From: an uncultured Verrucomicrobiae bacterium
GTDB lineage: Bacteria > Verrucomicrobiota > Verrucomicrobiia > Limisphaerales > Palsa-1400
Length of the DNA: 64,000 bases
Assembly (NCBI GenBank): GCA_963764165.1
Contig: CAVXRD010000002.1
Span: 2,656,001 to 2,720,000 of the forward strand
Direction: 5' to 3'
Every line of letters begins with the position of its first letter. The stretch's first letter is position 1. Of the stretch, positions 10,262 to 19,771 are shown one piece after another. The translations under genes were made by a program, and so were the position numbers. The notes under the pieces were generated by a model. It had not been told where the DNA came from. It searched no databases and saw nothing but the letters and a program-made list of their open reading frames with translations.

Positions 10262-11233
10262 ATGGATCATCTCGCGAAAGCGCGCCAAGTTCTCGAAATT
10301 GAAATCGCAGGCCTCAAAGCGGTGTGCGGACAATTGGACGACTCCTTTACGCGGGCCGTCGATGTCGTGCTGGATACATTGCGCCAGCGCGGCAAAATCG
10401 TCGTCGTCGGCATTGGCAAATCGGGCAACGTCGGCCAGAAGATAGCAGCCACACTGACCAGCACTGGTTCCACCAGCGTATTTCTCCACGGCGCGGATGC
10501 GCTGCATGGCGATTTGGGGGTTGTTTCTGATGGCGATGTCGTTCTCGCCCTTAGCTATTCCGGGGAATCCGAGGAATTGCTGAACCTTCTGGGAGCGTTA
10601 AAGCGCTTTTCGGTCAAGATTATTTCCATAACCGGCGGCGCCAAGTCATCGCTGGCCCGTTACAGTGATATCGTCCTCAACGTCAAAGTGCCCAAGGAGG
10701 CGTGCCCATTCAATCTGGCCCCGACGGCCAGCACCACCGCAACGCTCGCGCTCGGAGACGCGCTGGCGATGACAATCTTGCAGGCGCGCGGCTTCAAGGA
10801 AAAGGACTACGCGCGGCACCATCCTTCAGGAGCCATCGGACGCGCCTTGCTGATGAAGGTTTGTGATATCATGCGCACCGGCAAGCGGAACGCAGTGGCC
10901 TCGGAGGCCGTCACCGTCAAAGAAGCGCTCCTCCTGATGTGCCAGGCCAAATCCGGCAGTGTAAGCATCGTCAATGGCAAGGGGAAGCTGATCGGCGTCT
11001 TCACCGACGGAGATTTCCGACGCCGGGCTGCTGACGGCCAGGACATCCTGTCGAAGCCGCTCTCCACTGTGATAACCCGCGGCCCCATCAGCATCCGAGA
11101 TGAGGCCCTGGCCGTGGAAGCGCTCAAGATTTTCAACGAACGAAACATTGACGATCTGATTGTGGTCAATTCCCGCGGCGAGCCGGTCGGTTTGATCGAC
11201 TTGCAGGATTTGCCGAAATTAAAATTAATGTGA
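10262..11233 (+). CDS. kdsD: Arabinose-5-phosphate isomerase (KpsF/GutQ family, SIS plus CBS)
   Basis: GIGKSG, ALHGDLG, EACPFNLAPTASTT, HPSGAIG, TDGDFRR. Confidence 0.93.
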   Translation: MDHLAKARQVLEIEIAGLKAVCGQLDDSFTRAVDVVLDTLRQRGKIVVVGIGKSGNVGQKIAATLTSTGSTSVFLHGADALHGDLGVVSDGDVVLALSYSGESEELLNLLGALKRFSVKIISITGGAKSSLARYSDIVLNVKVPKEACPFNLAPTASTTATLALGDALAMTILQARGFKEKDYARHHPSGAIGRALLMKVCDIMRTGKRNAVASEAVTVKEALLLMCQAKSGSVSIVNGKGKLIGVFTDGDFRRRAADGQDILSKPLSTVITRGPISIRDEALAVEALKIFNERNIDDLIVVNSRGEPVGLIDLQDLPKLKLM

Positions 11234-11270
11234 CCATTTCCAGACGCGTATAACCAATGAAATCAAAAAC

Positions 11271-12098
11271 GTGTTAACCACCGCTGCCATTTGGGCCCAA
11301 CTCCGGAACCCCAAACAATTGACCCTGATCGCCGGACCCTGCGTGATTGAAAACGAAGCGCTCTGCATGCACGTAGCCAAGTCGCTGCGGAAAACGTGTC
11401 ATTTGCTCGGAATCAATTATGTTTTCAAGGCCAGCTTTGATAAAGCCAATCGATCGTCTTCGCGAACGTTTCGGGGGCCGGGCGCGGCAGATGGCCTGCA
11501 AATTCTTAAGAAAGTGAAGTGCGAACTGGACGTGCCGATTCTAACGGACGTCCACACCGAAGATCAGGTGGCGCTGGCCGCCCCGGTCGTGGACGTGCTG
11601 CAAATTCCGGCCTTTTTGTGCCGCCAGACGGATTTGATTGCAGCGGCGGCGCGCACCGGGAAGATTCTTAATTTGAAAAAAGGCCAATTTCTTTCCCCGC
11701 CCGAAATGGGCAGGGTCGTTGCCAAAGCGGCTGAAGCGGGCAACCGCAAATTGCTAATCACTGAGCGTGGCACCACTTTTGGGTATAACAACCTCGTCGC
11801 TGACATGCGCTCAATACCCATCATGCGCCAATTCGGCCACCCAGTGATATTTGACGCCACTCATTCGGTTCAATTGCCCGGCGCGGGCGGCGACCGTTCG
11901 GGCGGACAGCGCGAAATGGCGCCGGTGCTTGCTCGTTGCGCCGTTGCCGCAGGAGCTGATGGATTATTTATCGAAACCCATCCGAAGCCTGATGAAGCGC
12001 TGAGTGACGGCCCAAATATGATTCCACTCGCCGAAATGGCGCGCCTGCTGGCCGGTCTTGTGAAGTTGCATTCTTTGGCCCGCACGTGGGCCAAATGA
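11271..12098 (+). CDS. kdsA: KDO-8-phosphate synthase
   Basis: AGPCVIE, KASFDKANRSS, QIPAFLCRQTDL, KKGQF, DATHSVQLPG. Confidence 0.97.
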   Translation: MLTTAAIWAQLRNPKQLTLIAGPCVIENEALCMHVAKSLRKTCHLLGINYVFKASFDKANRSSSRTFRGPGAADGLQILKKVKCELDVPILTDVHTEDQVALAAPVVDVLQIPAFLCRQTDLIAAAARTGKILNLKKGQFLSPPEMGRVVAKAAEAGNRKLLITERGTTFGYNNLVADMRSIPIMRQFGHPVIFDATHSVQLPGAGGDRSGGQREMAPVLARCAVAAGADGLFIETHPKPDEALSDGPNMIPLAEMARLLAGLVKLHSLARTWAK

Positions 12099-12140
12099 CA
12101 GGCTGAGTGATCAGGGAAGAACGGCTTTCAGAAGACAAAC

Positions 12141-12173
12141 AAAAGAGGGCGATTTTAACAATCGCCCTCTTTT
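12141..12173. terminator. Bidirectional intrinsic terminator between convergent kdsA and PEP-CTERM gene
   Basis: AAAAGAGGGCGATT-TTAAC-AATCGCCCTCTTTT perfect 14-bp stem including A and T tracts. Confidence 0.85.
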
Positions 12174-12201
12174 TCGTTGAATGATGGGTAAAATCCCAGG
12201 C

Positions 12202-13041
12202 TTATGCCATGCGGGAAAGTGCTTTTCTGCGCAAGATCCGAATCGTGCTTGCGCCCAGCGGAAGCACCAGCAAAGCCCCGGAGATAATCGTGCCGGGTTC
12301 GGGCAAAGCAGCGTAGATCGTGGCGCTGCCCAAGGAAATACCACCCAAGAATGCCGCTCCTCCAGGTTGTGTATACGGGTCAGTGGTGTAGACATAAAAC
12401 ACTGCGGTTGCGTTAGATGCAAGCTCGCCGTTCGGTCCGTTAAAGTTCAATTCCAAGGTGTTGTCTGTCGGCACATTATCCTGAACACCGGAAATATTCG
12501 CGGTCCCAAAACCAACAGCATTTGAGCTGGCTTGGAAGAAGGTCAGACCTGCGCTTGCCGGCCCCCCGTCGACATGGTTTGTAGTATACGTGTAACTGGT
12601 CGTGTAGCTCGTGTATACATTAGTGTGATACACGGTATGAATGCCGCTGCCGGTGTGCGTAATATTAGTCGTATAAACGGGAGTCTCAACGGTATTGGTT
12701 GTCCGATATGTCGCAAGGTCCGTGTTGTGGATCGTGTACTCGAATAACAACGGGGCTCCAAGAGTCGCCGAGCCAACGCGAAACACTTCGGTCGTTATGG
12801 TTCCGCTGTCAGTGACCTCCCAAGGATACAAGCCACTGTAGCTGGTGTAGGCGCTTGTATAATCAATGATCTGGGTCAGTGGCAGGTTCAGACCGGTCGT
12901 TGAAAGGGTGGTCAGGCCGCCGGTGTTTGAAACGTTCTGCCCTGGCGTAATCTGAACCAGATTCGCCTGTGCAGTCGCCGCAGTTCCCAGAACGCCGGCC
13001 AGCAAAATCGCTTTTTGAAAGATTCCCATGTTGTTTTTCAT
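12202..13041 (-). CDS. PEP-CTERM surface protein 1 (Thr/Tyr-rich)
   Basis: Signal peptide ending TAQA; C-terminal LPEPGT, hydrophobic stretch, RILRRK. Confidence 0.9.
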   Translation of the reverse strand: MKNNMGIFQKAILLAGVLGTAATAQANLVQITPGQNVSNTGGLTTLSTTGLNLPLTQIIDYTSAYTSYSGLYPWEVTDSGTITTEVFRVGSATLGAPLLFEYTIHNTDLATYRTTNTVETPVYTTNITHTGSGIHTVYHTNVYTSYTTSYTYTTNHVDGGPASAGLTFFQASSNAVGFGTANISGVQDNVPTDNTLELNFNGPNGELASNATAVFYVYTTDPYTQPGGAAFLGGISLGSATIYAALPEPGTIISGALLVLPLGASTIRILRRKALSRMA

Positions 13042-13133
13042 ATCTCGGTTCCGTTTAATCAATTCTCAATTTCTTTATCTCAGTTTCAGTTTCCATACTC
13101 AATTATGGCGTGGCATATTCCTAAGACATGTTG

Positions 13134-13198
13134 ACTTTGCCGTCCTGCGCCTTTTTTCGCTATCCCATAAGAGGACATCGTTGCACATATTTGGGACA
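13134..13198 (-). promoter_or_regulatory. TGTCC direct-repeat box plus promoter for PEP-CTERM gene 1
   Basis: Minus strand TGTCC-N16-TGTCC-N10-TAGCGA-N17-CAAAGT. Confidence 0.7.
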
Positions 13199-13539
13199 TT
13201 CCCCTTGTTCGGAAAAAGTTCAGGCTGGAGATGAACCATCGTTACGCAAGTCGTTGCGGTGAAACGCGCTCGGCGCTGCGGGCGGAATTTCATGGGTCAA
13301 ATGCGCCTTGGACCGGCGAAATTAGGTTCGATCCGGGGGTGAAATGCCCCTTTCACGTGTCCGCAGGCCGAATGGCAACCACCGTCATAAAGACAGCTCT
13401 TGGGCTCGGCGGAACAAAAGAAAAAAGACGGACGCCAGGAGAGTTTTGGGCGCGAAAATTGCTTAATCCGAGGGACTGTAATCCAAATACTTGAACTTCA
13501 TTCGCTAATCAATTAACGTCTTTGCAACCCAGCGCCAAA

Positions 13540-14106
13540 ATGAAAAACATGAGCCATCGCAAGATGAACGTGCTAGTGGCCCGATGCGGCAACGCAACGG
13601 GCGCAGATCTCGAATTTACCTATTGGCGCGACGGAATGGCGTTTTTCCATAGCGAGTCGGTCCAGTGGCTTGATATTGCGCGCGCGGTGCTCTCGGTTTG
13701 CGCGCCAGACGTGATTGTTTTCGAGGGGAGTTCGCTTAACGGCGCCGTATTTGACGCCGCGAAACAAATGCGGTCGGCAAGTCCGGGCACAAAACTGCTG
13801 TTTGTTTGCGAAAAGGCAGACCAATTTGCGGCCTACCGCGCCCTGGCGGCTGGGGGAGATGGAATTTTAATCGGACGACAAAATCGCGAGGAACTTGCGT
13901 ATGCGATCTCCGAGATATTGTCGGGAGCCGCTTATATTGGAACCGGCATTTTCACCTCGAACCGCTTTCGTCGGCGGTTTCCCCGCCGAAATTACCTCCG
14001 GGACGAGAAAGCTCGCGCTTTTGGTGTCAAATGTGCGGAAAGGGCAAGAACCAACCCGTGCGGCCGTTTCGGGTCTTTGGCGGCGGAGAATATTGCCACC
14101 GAATAA
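13540..14106 (+). CDS. Atypical NarL-type receiver domain protein without a recognisable HTH
   Basis: PDVIVFE...PGTKLLFV...ALAAGGDGIL...EELAYAISEILSGAAY matches the NarL receiver pattern. Confidence 0.65.
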   Translation: MKNMSHRKMNVLVARCGNATGADLEFTYWRDGMAFFHSESVQWLDIARAVLSVCAPDVIVFEGSSLNGAVFDAAKQMRSASPGTKLLFVCEKADQFAAYRALAAGGDGILIGRQNREELAYAISEILSGAAYIGTGIFTSNRFRRRFPRRNYLRDEKARAFGVKCAERARTNPCGRFGSLAAENIATE

Positions 14107-14388
14107 CGGTCGAGCCGGGCGCTTCGGTCGTTTTCACGGTCGAGGAGAGGCGGCGGCAATTCCCGCCATTTTGCCGGAAAATGGTTTCATAAGCCGGGCA
14201 TTGTTTCGATTCGTTGGCTTAATTTCGGGAAGGCTCTCCACAGGATGAATGTAATCTTGGAGCGGGGCGCAAATCCTCTCGCCTTTTCCCATTCACGTGG
14301 ATCCGCCGCCCGCCGAGTGCCATATCTGTCGGCGGGCAATTCTGCATTTTCAATTTTCAACTCATGCCTTGGCGGCTGAAAATGGAAA

Positions 14389-14454
14389 TGTCCAGATGCC
14401 GATTCATGATGTCCAAAATGTGCATAGACGGTTTCTGCCGCATGAATGTAGCCT
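14389..14454 (+). promoter_or_regulatory. TGTCC direct-repeat box plus promoter for response regulator 14478
   Basis: TGTCC-N16-TGTCC-N10-TAGACG-N18-TAGCCT. Confidence 0.7.
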
Positions 14455-14477
14455 ATAGACATCACAGGGAATAGCGC

Positions 14478-14885
14478 ATGATGCAATCAATCTTGAAGGC
14501 CGAAACGGATGTCGGCTCTGGAACTCCAACCCCATCAACCATATTGTGCGTCGATGTGAATCACAGGACACGGCTGCTGACCAAATGGTTTTTATCAAGC
14601 ATCGGTTACGCTGTTGATGCCGCCTCAACTGCGGCGGAAGCGCTGGCAATTTTCGACGCCGCAACGCACGATTTGGTCATCGCAGACGATGATCTCGGCG
14701 GGATGACGGGCGAGGAGATGGCTCATGTGATCAAAATCAGGTCGTGCGCCACGCGAGTGATGTTGATCTGCAAAAAGCCGGCACGAAGTCTGGCCTGTGT
14801 CGATTTGGTGGTGCAGAAGCCCATCTCGCTTCCTTTATTGAGGGATAAACTGGAATGGTTGCGGTCAAAGCATGTTACTGCATGA
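14478..14885 (+). CDS. Single-domain response regulator (CheY-like)
   Basis: ILCVD, HDLVIADDDLGGMTG, VVQKP. Confidence 0.85.
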   Translation: MMQSILKAETDVGSGTPTPSTILCVDVNHRTRLLTKWFLSSIGYAVDAASTAAEALAIFDAATHDLVIADDDLGGMTGEEMAHVIKIRSCATRVMLICKKPARSLACVDLVVQKPISLPLLRDKLEWLRSKHVTA

Positions 14886-15052
14886 GCTGGGCTGCGCGGA
14901 AGTGATGGGGCGGGTTAAGGCAGAAAGGGCAGAAATAAAAAGTCCGTTTGCCGCCAATCTATATTGACAGCAAACGGATGAAATTCTAATAAGCCAACGC
15001 GGGCGGGAAAAATCGAGTTGGCCCTGAAACGGCCCAATCCCAATCCGAAACA

Positions 15053-15874
15053 CTAGGCGTTCGAAGAACCTTTTCGAAACTTGCGAACCGCGCCGACACC
15101 GAGCGGAACCAACATCATGGCTCCCGCGACGATCGTGCTGGGTTCAGGGGTGGGCTCACCCAGAAGGAAGAATTCCTGGTCATCTCCCCCATTAGGGCCA
15201 TCGCCAGGGGCGCCAGTCCCTTGAAGAATGCTGCCATTATAAATGGGCATGTTGGGACCTGCATTCAACAAGGCGTTAATGTAAGCGTTGTAATCCTGCT
15301 GCTCGCTGGCATCAAATTGAGCAAATGGCGCCGAATACCCCGCTGAACTGAAAGACGACTGGCCGTAGGCGGTGCTGTTGTATAATACATTCCAGATCGC
15401 AAATTGCAGGGCGCAACCCTCTTCGCTCGCATTGCCGGCAAGATGCAAACCCGAGGTGGTTTGATCGACAATGTTCATGCCAAAGGTATGCCACAAGTAG
15501 GCCGCGTTGCAAATCCCCCAATCCTGAGTTTGTCCATGAACAACCCCCGATGCCCATTGCGAAGGGAAAATTCCTGGACTCGCTTGCGCAAAGGTCTCCT
15601 GATTGTAGGTATGCGTGTTTCCGTCGAGCAAACCCAGCGGGCTCAGACAAACGCTGTAAATCGTGTTTGGCAAGGTTATCCCAGTGGTTCCGGCCGTGTT
15701 GAATGCATAGATTCCAATGGCATCATCCGATTGAGCATCCCCGCCGGTAAAACCATCCTCCCAGACGCTGCCACTCCATTGGAACGTAAGGGTGATGTCC
15801 GCATGTGCTGTGCACATTCCCGCAACCCCGGCAGCAAGCGTCAGCGCCAGTTTTCCGATTGATTTCAATGACAT
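15053..15874 (-). CDS. PEP-CTERM surface protein 2 with thioester-domain-like motifs
   Basis: Signal peptide ending TAHA; YSVC, NAAYLW, ALQFAIW, DQEFFL; TPEPST, hydrophobic stretch, RKFRK. Confidence 0.9.
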   Translation of the reverse strand: MSLKSIGKLALTLAAGVAGMCTAHADITLTFQWSGSVWEDGFTGGDAQSDDAIGIYAFNTAGTTGITLPNTIYSVCLSPLGLLDGNTHTYNQETFAQASPGIFPSQWASGVVHGQTQDWGICNAAYLWHTFGMNIVDQTTSGLHLAGNASEEGCALQFAIWNVLYNSTAYGQSSFSSAGYSAPFAQFDASEQQDYNAYINALLNAGPNMPIYNGSILQGTGAPGDGPNGGDDQEFFLLGEPTPEPSTIVAGAMMLVPLGVGAVRKFRKGSSNA

Positions 15875-15884
15875 ATCGCAGATG

Positions 15885-15948
15885 ATTATGATTTAACGGC
15901 CCGAACTATCTATGCGAGTTTAGGACAAGCGAGGTTACTTTTAGGACA
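15885..15948 (-). promoter_or_regulatory. TGTCC direct-repeat box plus promoter for PEP-CTERM gene 2
   Basis: Minus strand TGTCCTAAA repeated at 21-bp period, then N10-TAGATA-N16-CATAAT; possible third half-site TGACC at 15965-15969. Confidence 0.72.
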
Positions 15949-16051
15949 CTGGCGTGCAACCCCCGGTCATCAGCTTGGGATGAGACGTGTTCAGATGTTT
16001 CCTTAGATGCTGCCATTAAGCAACTTGTGCGCTTCACGGTTGCAGTGCGCC

Positions 16052-17716
16052 TTATTGTCGCGCCAACTCAAATAGCCGCTTTTCTTCGGGAAGGTGGCGG
16101 GTCTTCTCGGCAATTTTTAGATACTTTTGTGCCTTTGCAGAGTCCCCGTTCGCTTTCAAGATGATACCGTAATATCCCGCGACGCTCGGATTTTCCAATT
16201 CGCCTTCATTTAATTTCTCCATGACGCGCAGCGCGTCTGGATTTTTCTTCTGAAGGAAGAGCGAGAAGGCATATGTCGAGGCGAAGGAAGAGTTTGTCGG
16301 GCTGCTTTGGTAAACCTCGCGCGCCATATCGTCCGGCTTAAGGTCCTTCTGCCCAAGCAAGAGCGCCGTCATCGCCAAGTTGTTCTTGTACAACAGGTCT
16401 GAAGGCTGTGACTTAACCTCGGCGCGAAAGAGGTTAAGGAGGGATGTTGTGCGGGAATCAAGGAAGAAAATAGTCGCCAGGGCTTGCACCGCCCACCTCT
16501 CGTCCGGGTGCTGCCTGATAATGGTCCACAACAACTCTTCCGTCTCCTTCTGCCAGCCCCACGACGCGGCAAGCTTAAGAAGCATGGTTTGGTTCATTTT
16601 TTGGCCCGCCGCAGCGGCCAGAGCTTGATCCCACTGGCCTTTGGAGGACTCAGTCAAGTCCAACTGCTTGAGGGCAAACGACAGAAACGCGTGCCGAACG
16701 AAGTCCGAGCCCGCCCAATTCTGCTTTTCGAGCGCCTTTTGCATCCCTGACCAGTCCTTGGCAATGATTTGGAATTCCGCCGAAAGCAAAGCCGCTGGCT
16801 GGTTGGTGCGGGTTGCCGGAGGAAGGCTGGTCAGCCAGGCAAGACCGTCGCCAATCTCACCGTGGGTTTGCTGCCACGTCGCCAATTGATACAGTTTGGT
16901 GGGGTTGCTGGAGGCCTCATGCTCGCAATTCGTCATAAACGGTTTGTATTCAGAATTGTGAGCGGCGCGAAGCACTTCCAATCGCGCCATGCGATCGCTG
17001 AAGTCCGCGTTGGTGGCATCCACGAGGTCCTTGGATAGGCTCAGCGCCGCGGAATCGTTGGTAAACCGCACCGCATCCCCGATCAACTCACGCATCGCCT
17101 GGTGGCGAAGCACCGCATTGGTGGCGTTCACGCTCAAGCTCTGCAGGGTGATGCGCGCTTTCGCAATGGCCTCTTTATTGGTTCCGCGGATATCGACCAT
17201 GGACAGATCAAGGAGAGGCATGGGATTTTGGGGATCGAGCCGCGAAGCCTCCGCAAAATGCTCTTTGGCCGTTGAGAACATATTCATCGCGGCGAAAACG
17301 CTTCCCGCCACAGTTTGATATTCGACGGATTGCTTCCCTTCCTCGGTCACGCCCTCCAAGGCGTTTGTTGCCGTGGGCAAATCCCGGAAAATGACAGCTG
17401 CCTTGGCCAAAGCCAGCCGATCCTCGGTGGATTTTGGATTTAGTTCAACCGCCAGCGAGCGCCAAAGCATTGCTTCCGGAGAGCGGCTCGATTCAAGCAC
17501 TTCCGCAGCCAGGCGAGCGCCTTCGAGATTTCGGGGATTGGTGGCCAATGCCATTCGCAGGCTCAAAATAGCGTTCCGATTGTCTGAATTGGCATAAAAT
17601 TGCCGGGCCATGGAAAGAAGATGCTGCTGCTTCCACACCAAATAAGCACGATACCCAGCGTAAAGAACAAGAATGGTTAAAGAACACGATATTAGCAGGA
17701 CGAATAACTTTCGCAT
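16052..17716 (-). CDS. Membrane-anchored tetratricopeptide-repeat protein
   Basis: N-terminal hydrophobic anchor; helical repeats such as ALATNPRN, EASRLDPQNP, YKNNLA. Confidence 0.8.
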   Translation of the reverse strand: MRKLFVLLISCSLTILVLYAGYRAYLVWKQQHLLSMARQFYANSDNRNAILSLRMALATNPRNLEGARLAAEVLESSRSPEAMLWRSLAVELNPKSTEDRLALAKAAVIFRDLPTATNALEGVTEEGKQSVEYQTVAGSVFAAMNMFSTAKEHFAEASRLDPQNPMPLLDLSMVDIRGTNKEAIAKARITLQSLSVNATNAVLRHQAMRELIGDAVRFTNDSAALSLSKDLVDATNADFSDRMARLEVLRAAHNSEYKPFMTNCEHEASSNPTKLYQLATWQQTHGEIGDGLAWLTSLPPATRTNQPAALLSAEFQIIAKDWSGMQKALEKQNWAGSDFVRHAFLSFALKQLDLTESSKGQWDQALAAAAGQKMNQTMLLKLAASWGWQKETEELLWTIIRQHPDERWAVQALATIFFLDSRTTSLLNLFRAEVKSQPSDLLYKNNLAMTALLLGQKDLKPDDMAREVYQSSPTNSSFASTYAFSLFLQKKNPDALRVMEKLNEGELENPSVAGYYGIILKANGDSAKAQKYLKIAEKTRHLPEEKRLFELARQ

Positions 17717-17734
17717 AAGTAGCTCAAATTGCGA

Positions 17735-19717
17735 CTAAACAGGGTTCTGGAGAGTGCCCGAAAACGGCGGAACTCCCGTCTCCGGGGCTGTCGACGGGGC
17801 TGGTAAAATGCTGTCCTCCGCGGCGGGCGTCACAGGCGGATGCGAGTTCAGCAGCAAATGATTTTGAAATCGCCATTCGGTAAGGGTTAATCCTCGTTCA
17901 GTGGCCAATCCCCGAAGTTTGGCCATGGCCTCTTCGCGCAACGCGGTCGTAATGACGATGCCGTTGATTTTATGCCGGCCAATCAACAGCGGCAGCTCAT
18001 CCAGTCCACCGAGCACCATGACGCCGTAGACCCACTGGAAATGCAGCGACGGCTCGTCGTCGATCAACCCAACGACATGCCTCCCATCAAAGCTGCTGGA
18101 ATTGTTGAAGCCGCGCTCCCGCAAAAACAACTGGCACCGGCCGCCAGCGCCATACAGGAGAATGCGGTCGCTCTCCTTGCCGATATCGGGTTTCATTCGC
18201 AGATAATCCAGCATCTCCTCGACGCACCGATACGCCACCCGAACCGCCAAGATTCCCGTATTGGCGAAAGCGCCAATAATGACGGCCCTGATAAACGCGG
18301 TGGATGTCCGCGTGGGATCGATCATCAAAGTGATTCCCACGCTGATGACAAGACCAACCAAGAGCGTTAATTCCAACGTGAGAATGTCGAACAGGCGCGC
18401 GCGCTGCCACACAATGACGTAGGTGCGGGACATCGCCAGCAGCGAGATGGTCGGCGTCACCCAGATTGGCAAATCAACAAACCACGTATGCCAGAAGTTT
18501 GCGGTCGGCGGGTCGCAATACCTCATGGCCAGCGCGCGGGCGGCGCCCAGGCAAATGACGTCCCACACAGGCACCAGAAGGGCGCGCAGCGTCGATTGGG
18601 AGGGCCGCTTCAACCCTGTCAATAATACTCTGCCCGTTTCGCGCAGCTCAATGACGGCCATGCGGCGCAGGAGCACGTAAGCGACAACCAAGACTGTAAT
18701 CAGAAAAATGCCGGTCGTGCGGGCATGAAAGGTCGTCAGCAGCAAACCAAAGAAAACCAGCATCGCATTGGTGAAAAAAAGCGTGGACGCGACTCGAGGC
18801 GTGCTCAATCCGGTCTTGGCAAGACGGTGATGCAGATGATCCAAATCAGGCTGCATAATCCCTGGACGCTTCTTGCTTCCGCCAGCGACAGCGGAAGCCA
18901 GGATGCCACGCATGGTGCGGCGCCATATGGCCAGCAAAGCATCATAAATAGGAACGCCAAGCACCATCATCGGGATTCCCAACGAGAGGGCAAAGGTGTT
19001 TTTGTTGTAGGTCTGGAGCGCCACCGAGCCCAGGATAAAACCGAGAAACATGCTCCCGGTGTCGCCAAGAAAAATTGTGGCCGGATGAAAATTATACCGA
19101 AGGAATGCCAGGCATGCGCCGATCAACCCCAGCAACACCAGGACGTTTCCGGGAGAATGATTGATGGCGAAAATTCCGCCCAGCCCAATCGCTGAGATCA
19201 CGGCCAGCCCCGAGGCCAGCCCGTCCAGGCCGTCGATTAAATTAAACGCGTTAATGGTCCCCAAAAGCCACAATTCCACCATGAGGAAGTCCAGCCAGAC
19301 CGGCAGCGGGCATCCGAAAATTTCACCGAACCGGGCGCCATTCAAAAACATGATCGCGGCGGCGGCAGCTTGCCCGGCCAGCTTCACGAGAGGCTTCATC
19401 CCCCGAACATCGTCCACCAAGCCGACAACCAATAACACCAGAGACGCTGGCAGGAAGCCTTGCCACCAATGGAAATCAAGATCGGCGGAAAATTTCGGCC
19501 ACGGGAAGAATAATCCGACCGCGCAAGCTGCGTAGACGCCCAGAACAACGGCCACCCCGCCGGCCCGCGGCGTCACGCGTTTGTGCGGCCGCCGCGCGTC
19601 CGGCTTGTCCACCACACCGAATCGAATCGCCAGAGCGCGGACCAGCGGCGTCAGGACGTAGGTGACGACAACTCCGCAGAGGAATACCGTTATATACTTA
19701 TCGAGGTAGCCAAACAT
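17735..19717 (-). CDS. WecA/MraY-family polyprenyl-phosphate sugar-1-phosphate transferase fused to extra TM helices and a Rossmann-like domain
   Basis: VGLVDD, NAFNLIDGLDGLA, FLGDTGS, DLDHLHH; C-terminal ILLYGAGGR and VVGLIDDEP. Confidence 0.88.
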   Translation of the reverse strand: MFGYLDKYITVFLCGVVVTYVLTPLVRALAIRFGVVDKPDARRPHKRVTPRAGGVAVVLGVYAACAVGLFFPWPKFSADLDFHWWQGFLPASLVLLVVGLVDDVRGMKPLVKLAGQAAAAAIMFLNGARFGEIFGCPLPVWLDFLMVELWLLGTINAFNLIDGLDGLASGLAVISAIGLGGIFAINHSPGNVLVLLGLIGACLAFLRYNFHPATIFLGDTGSMFLGFILGSVALQTYNKNTFALSLGIPMMVLGVPIYDALLAIWRRTMRGILASAVAGGSKKRPGIMQPDLDHLHHRLAKTGLSTPRVASTLFFTNAMLVFFGLLLTTFHARTTGIFLITVLVVAYVLLRRMAVIELRETGRVLLTGLKRPSQSTLRALLVPVWDVICLGAARALAMRYCDPPTANFWHTWFVDLPIWVTPTISLLAMSRTYVIVWQRARLFDILTLELTLLVGLVISVGITLMIDPTRTSTAFIRAVIIGAFANTGILAVRVAYRCVEEMLDYLRMKPDIGKESDRILLYGAGGRCQLFLRERGFNNSSSFDGRHVVGLIDDEPSLHFQWVYGVMVLGGLDELPLLIGRHKINGIVITTALREEAMAKLRGLATERGLTLTEWRFQNHLLLNSHPPVTPAAEDSILPAPSTAPETGVPPFSGTLQNPV

Positions 19718-19771
19718 GAATGGTTTTCGTTTTAAGTGGCGAGCCTGCAGTTCGCCTGCCTGACCCGGACT

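Noticed and set aside
16019..16034. Sigma54-like site upstream of PEP-CTERM gene 2 (minus strand AAGCGCACAAGTTGCT)
   Set aside because: Has AG where the invariant -24 GG is required
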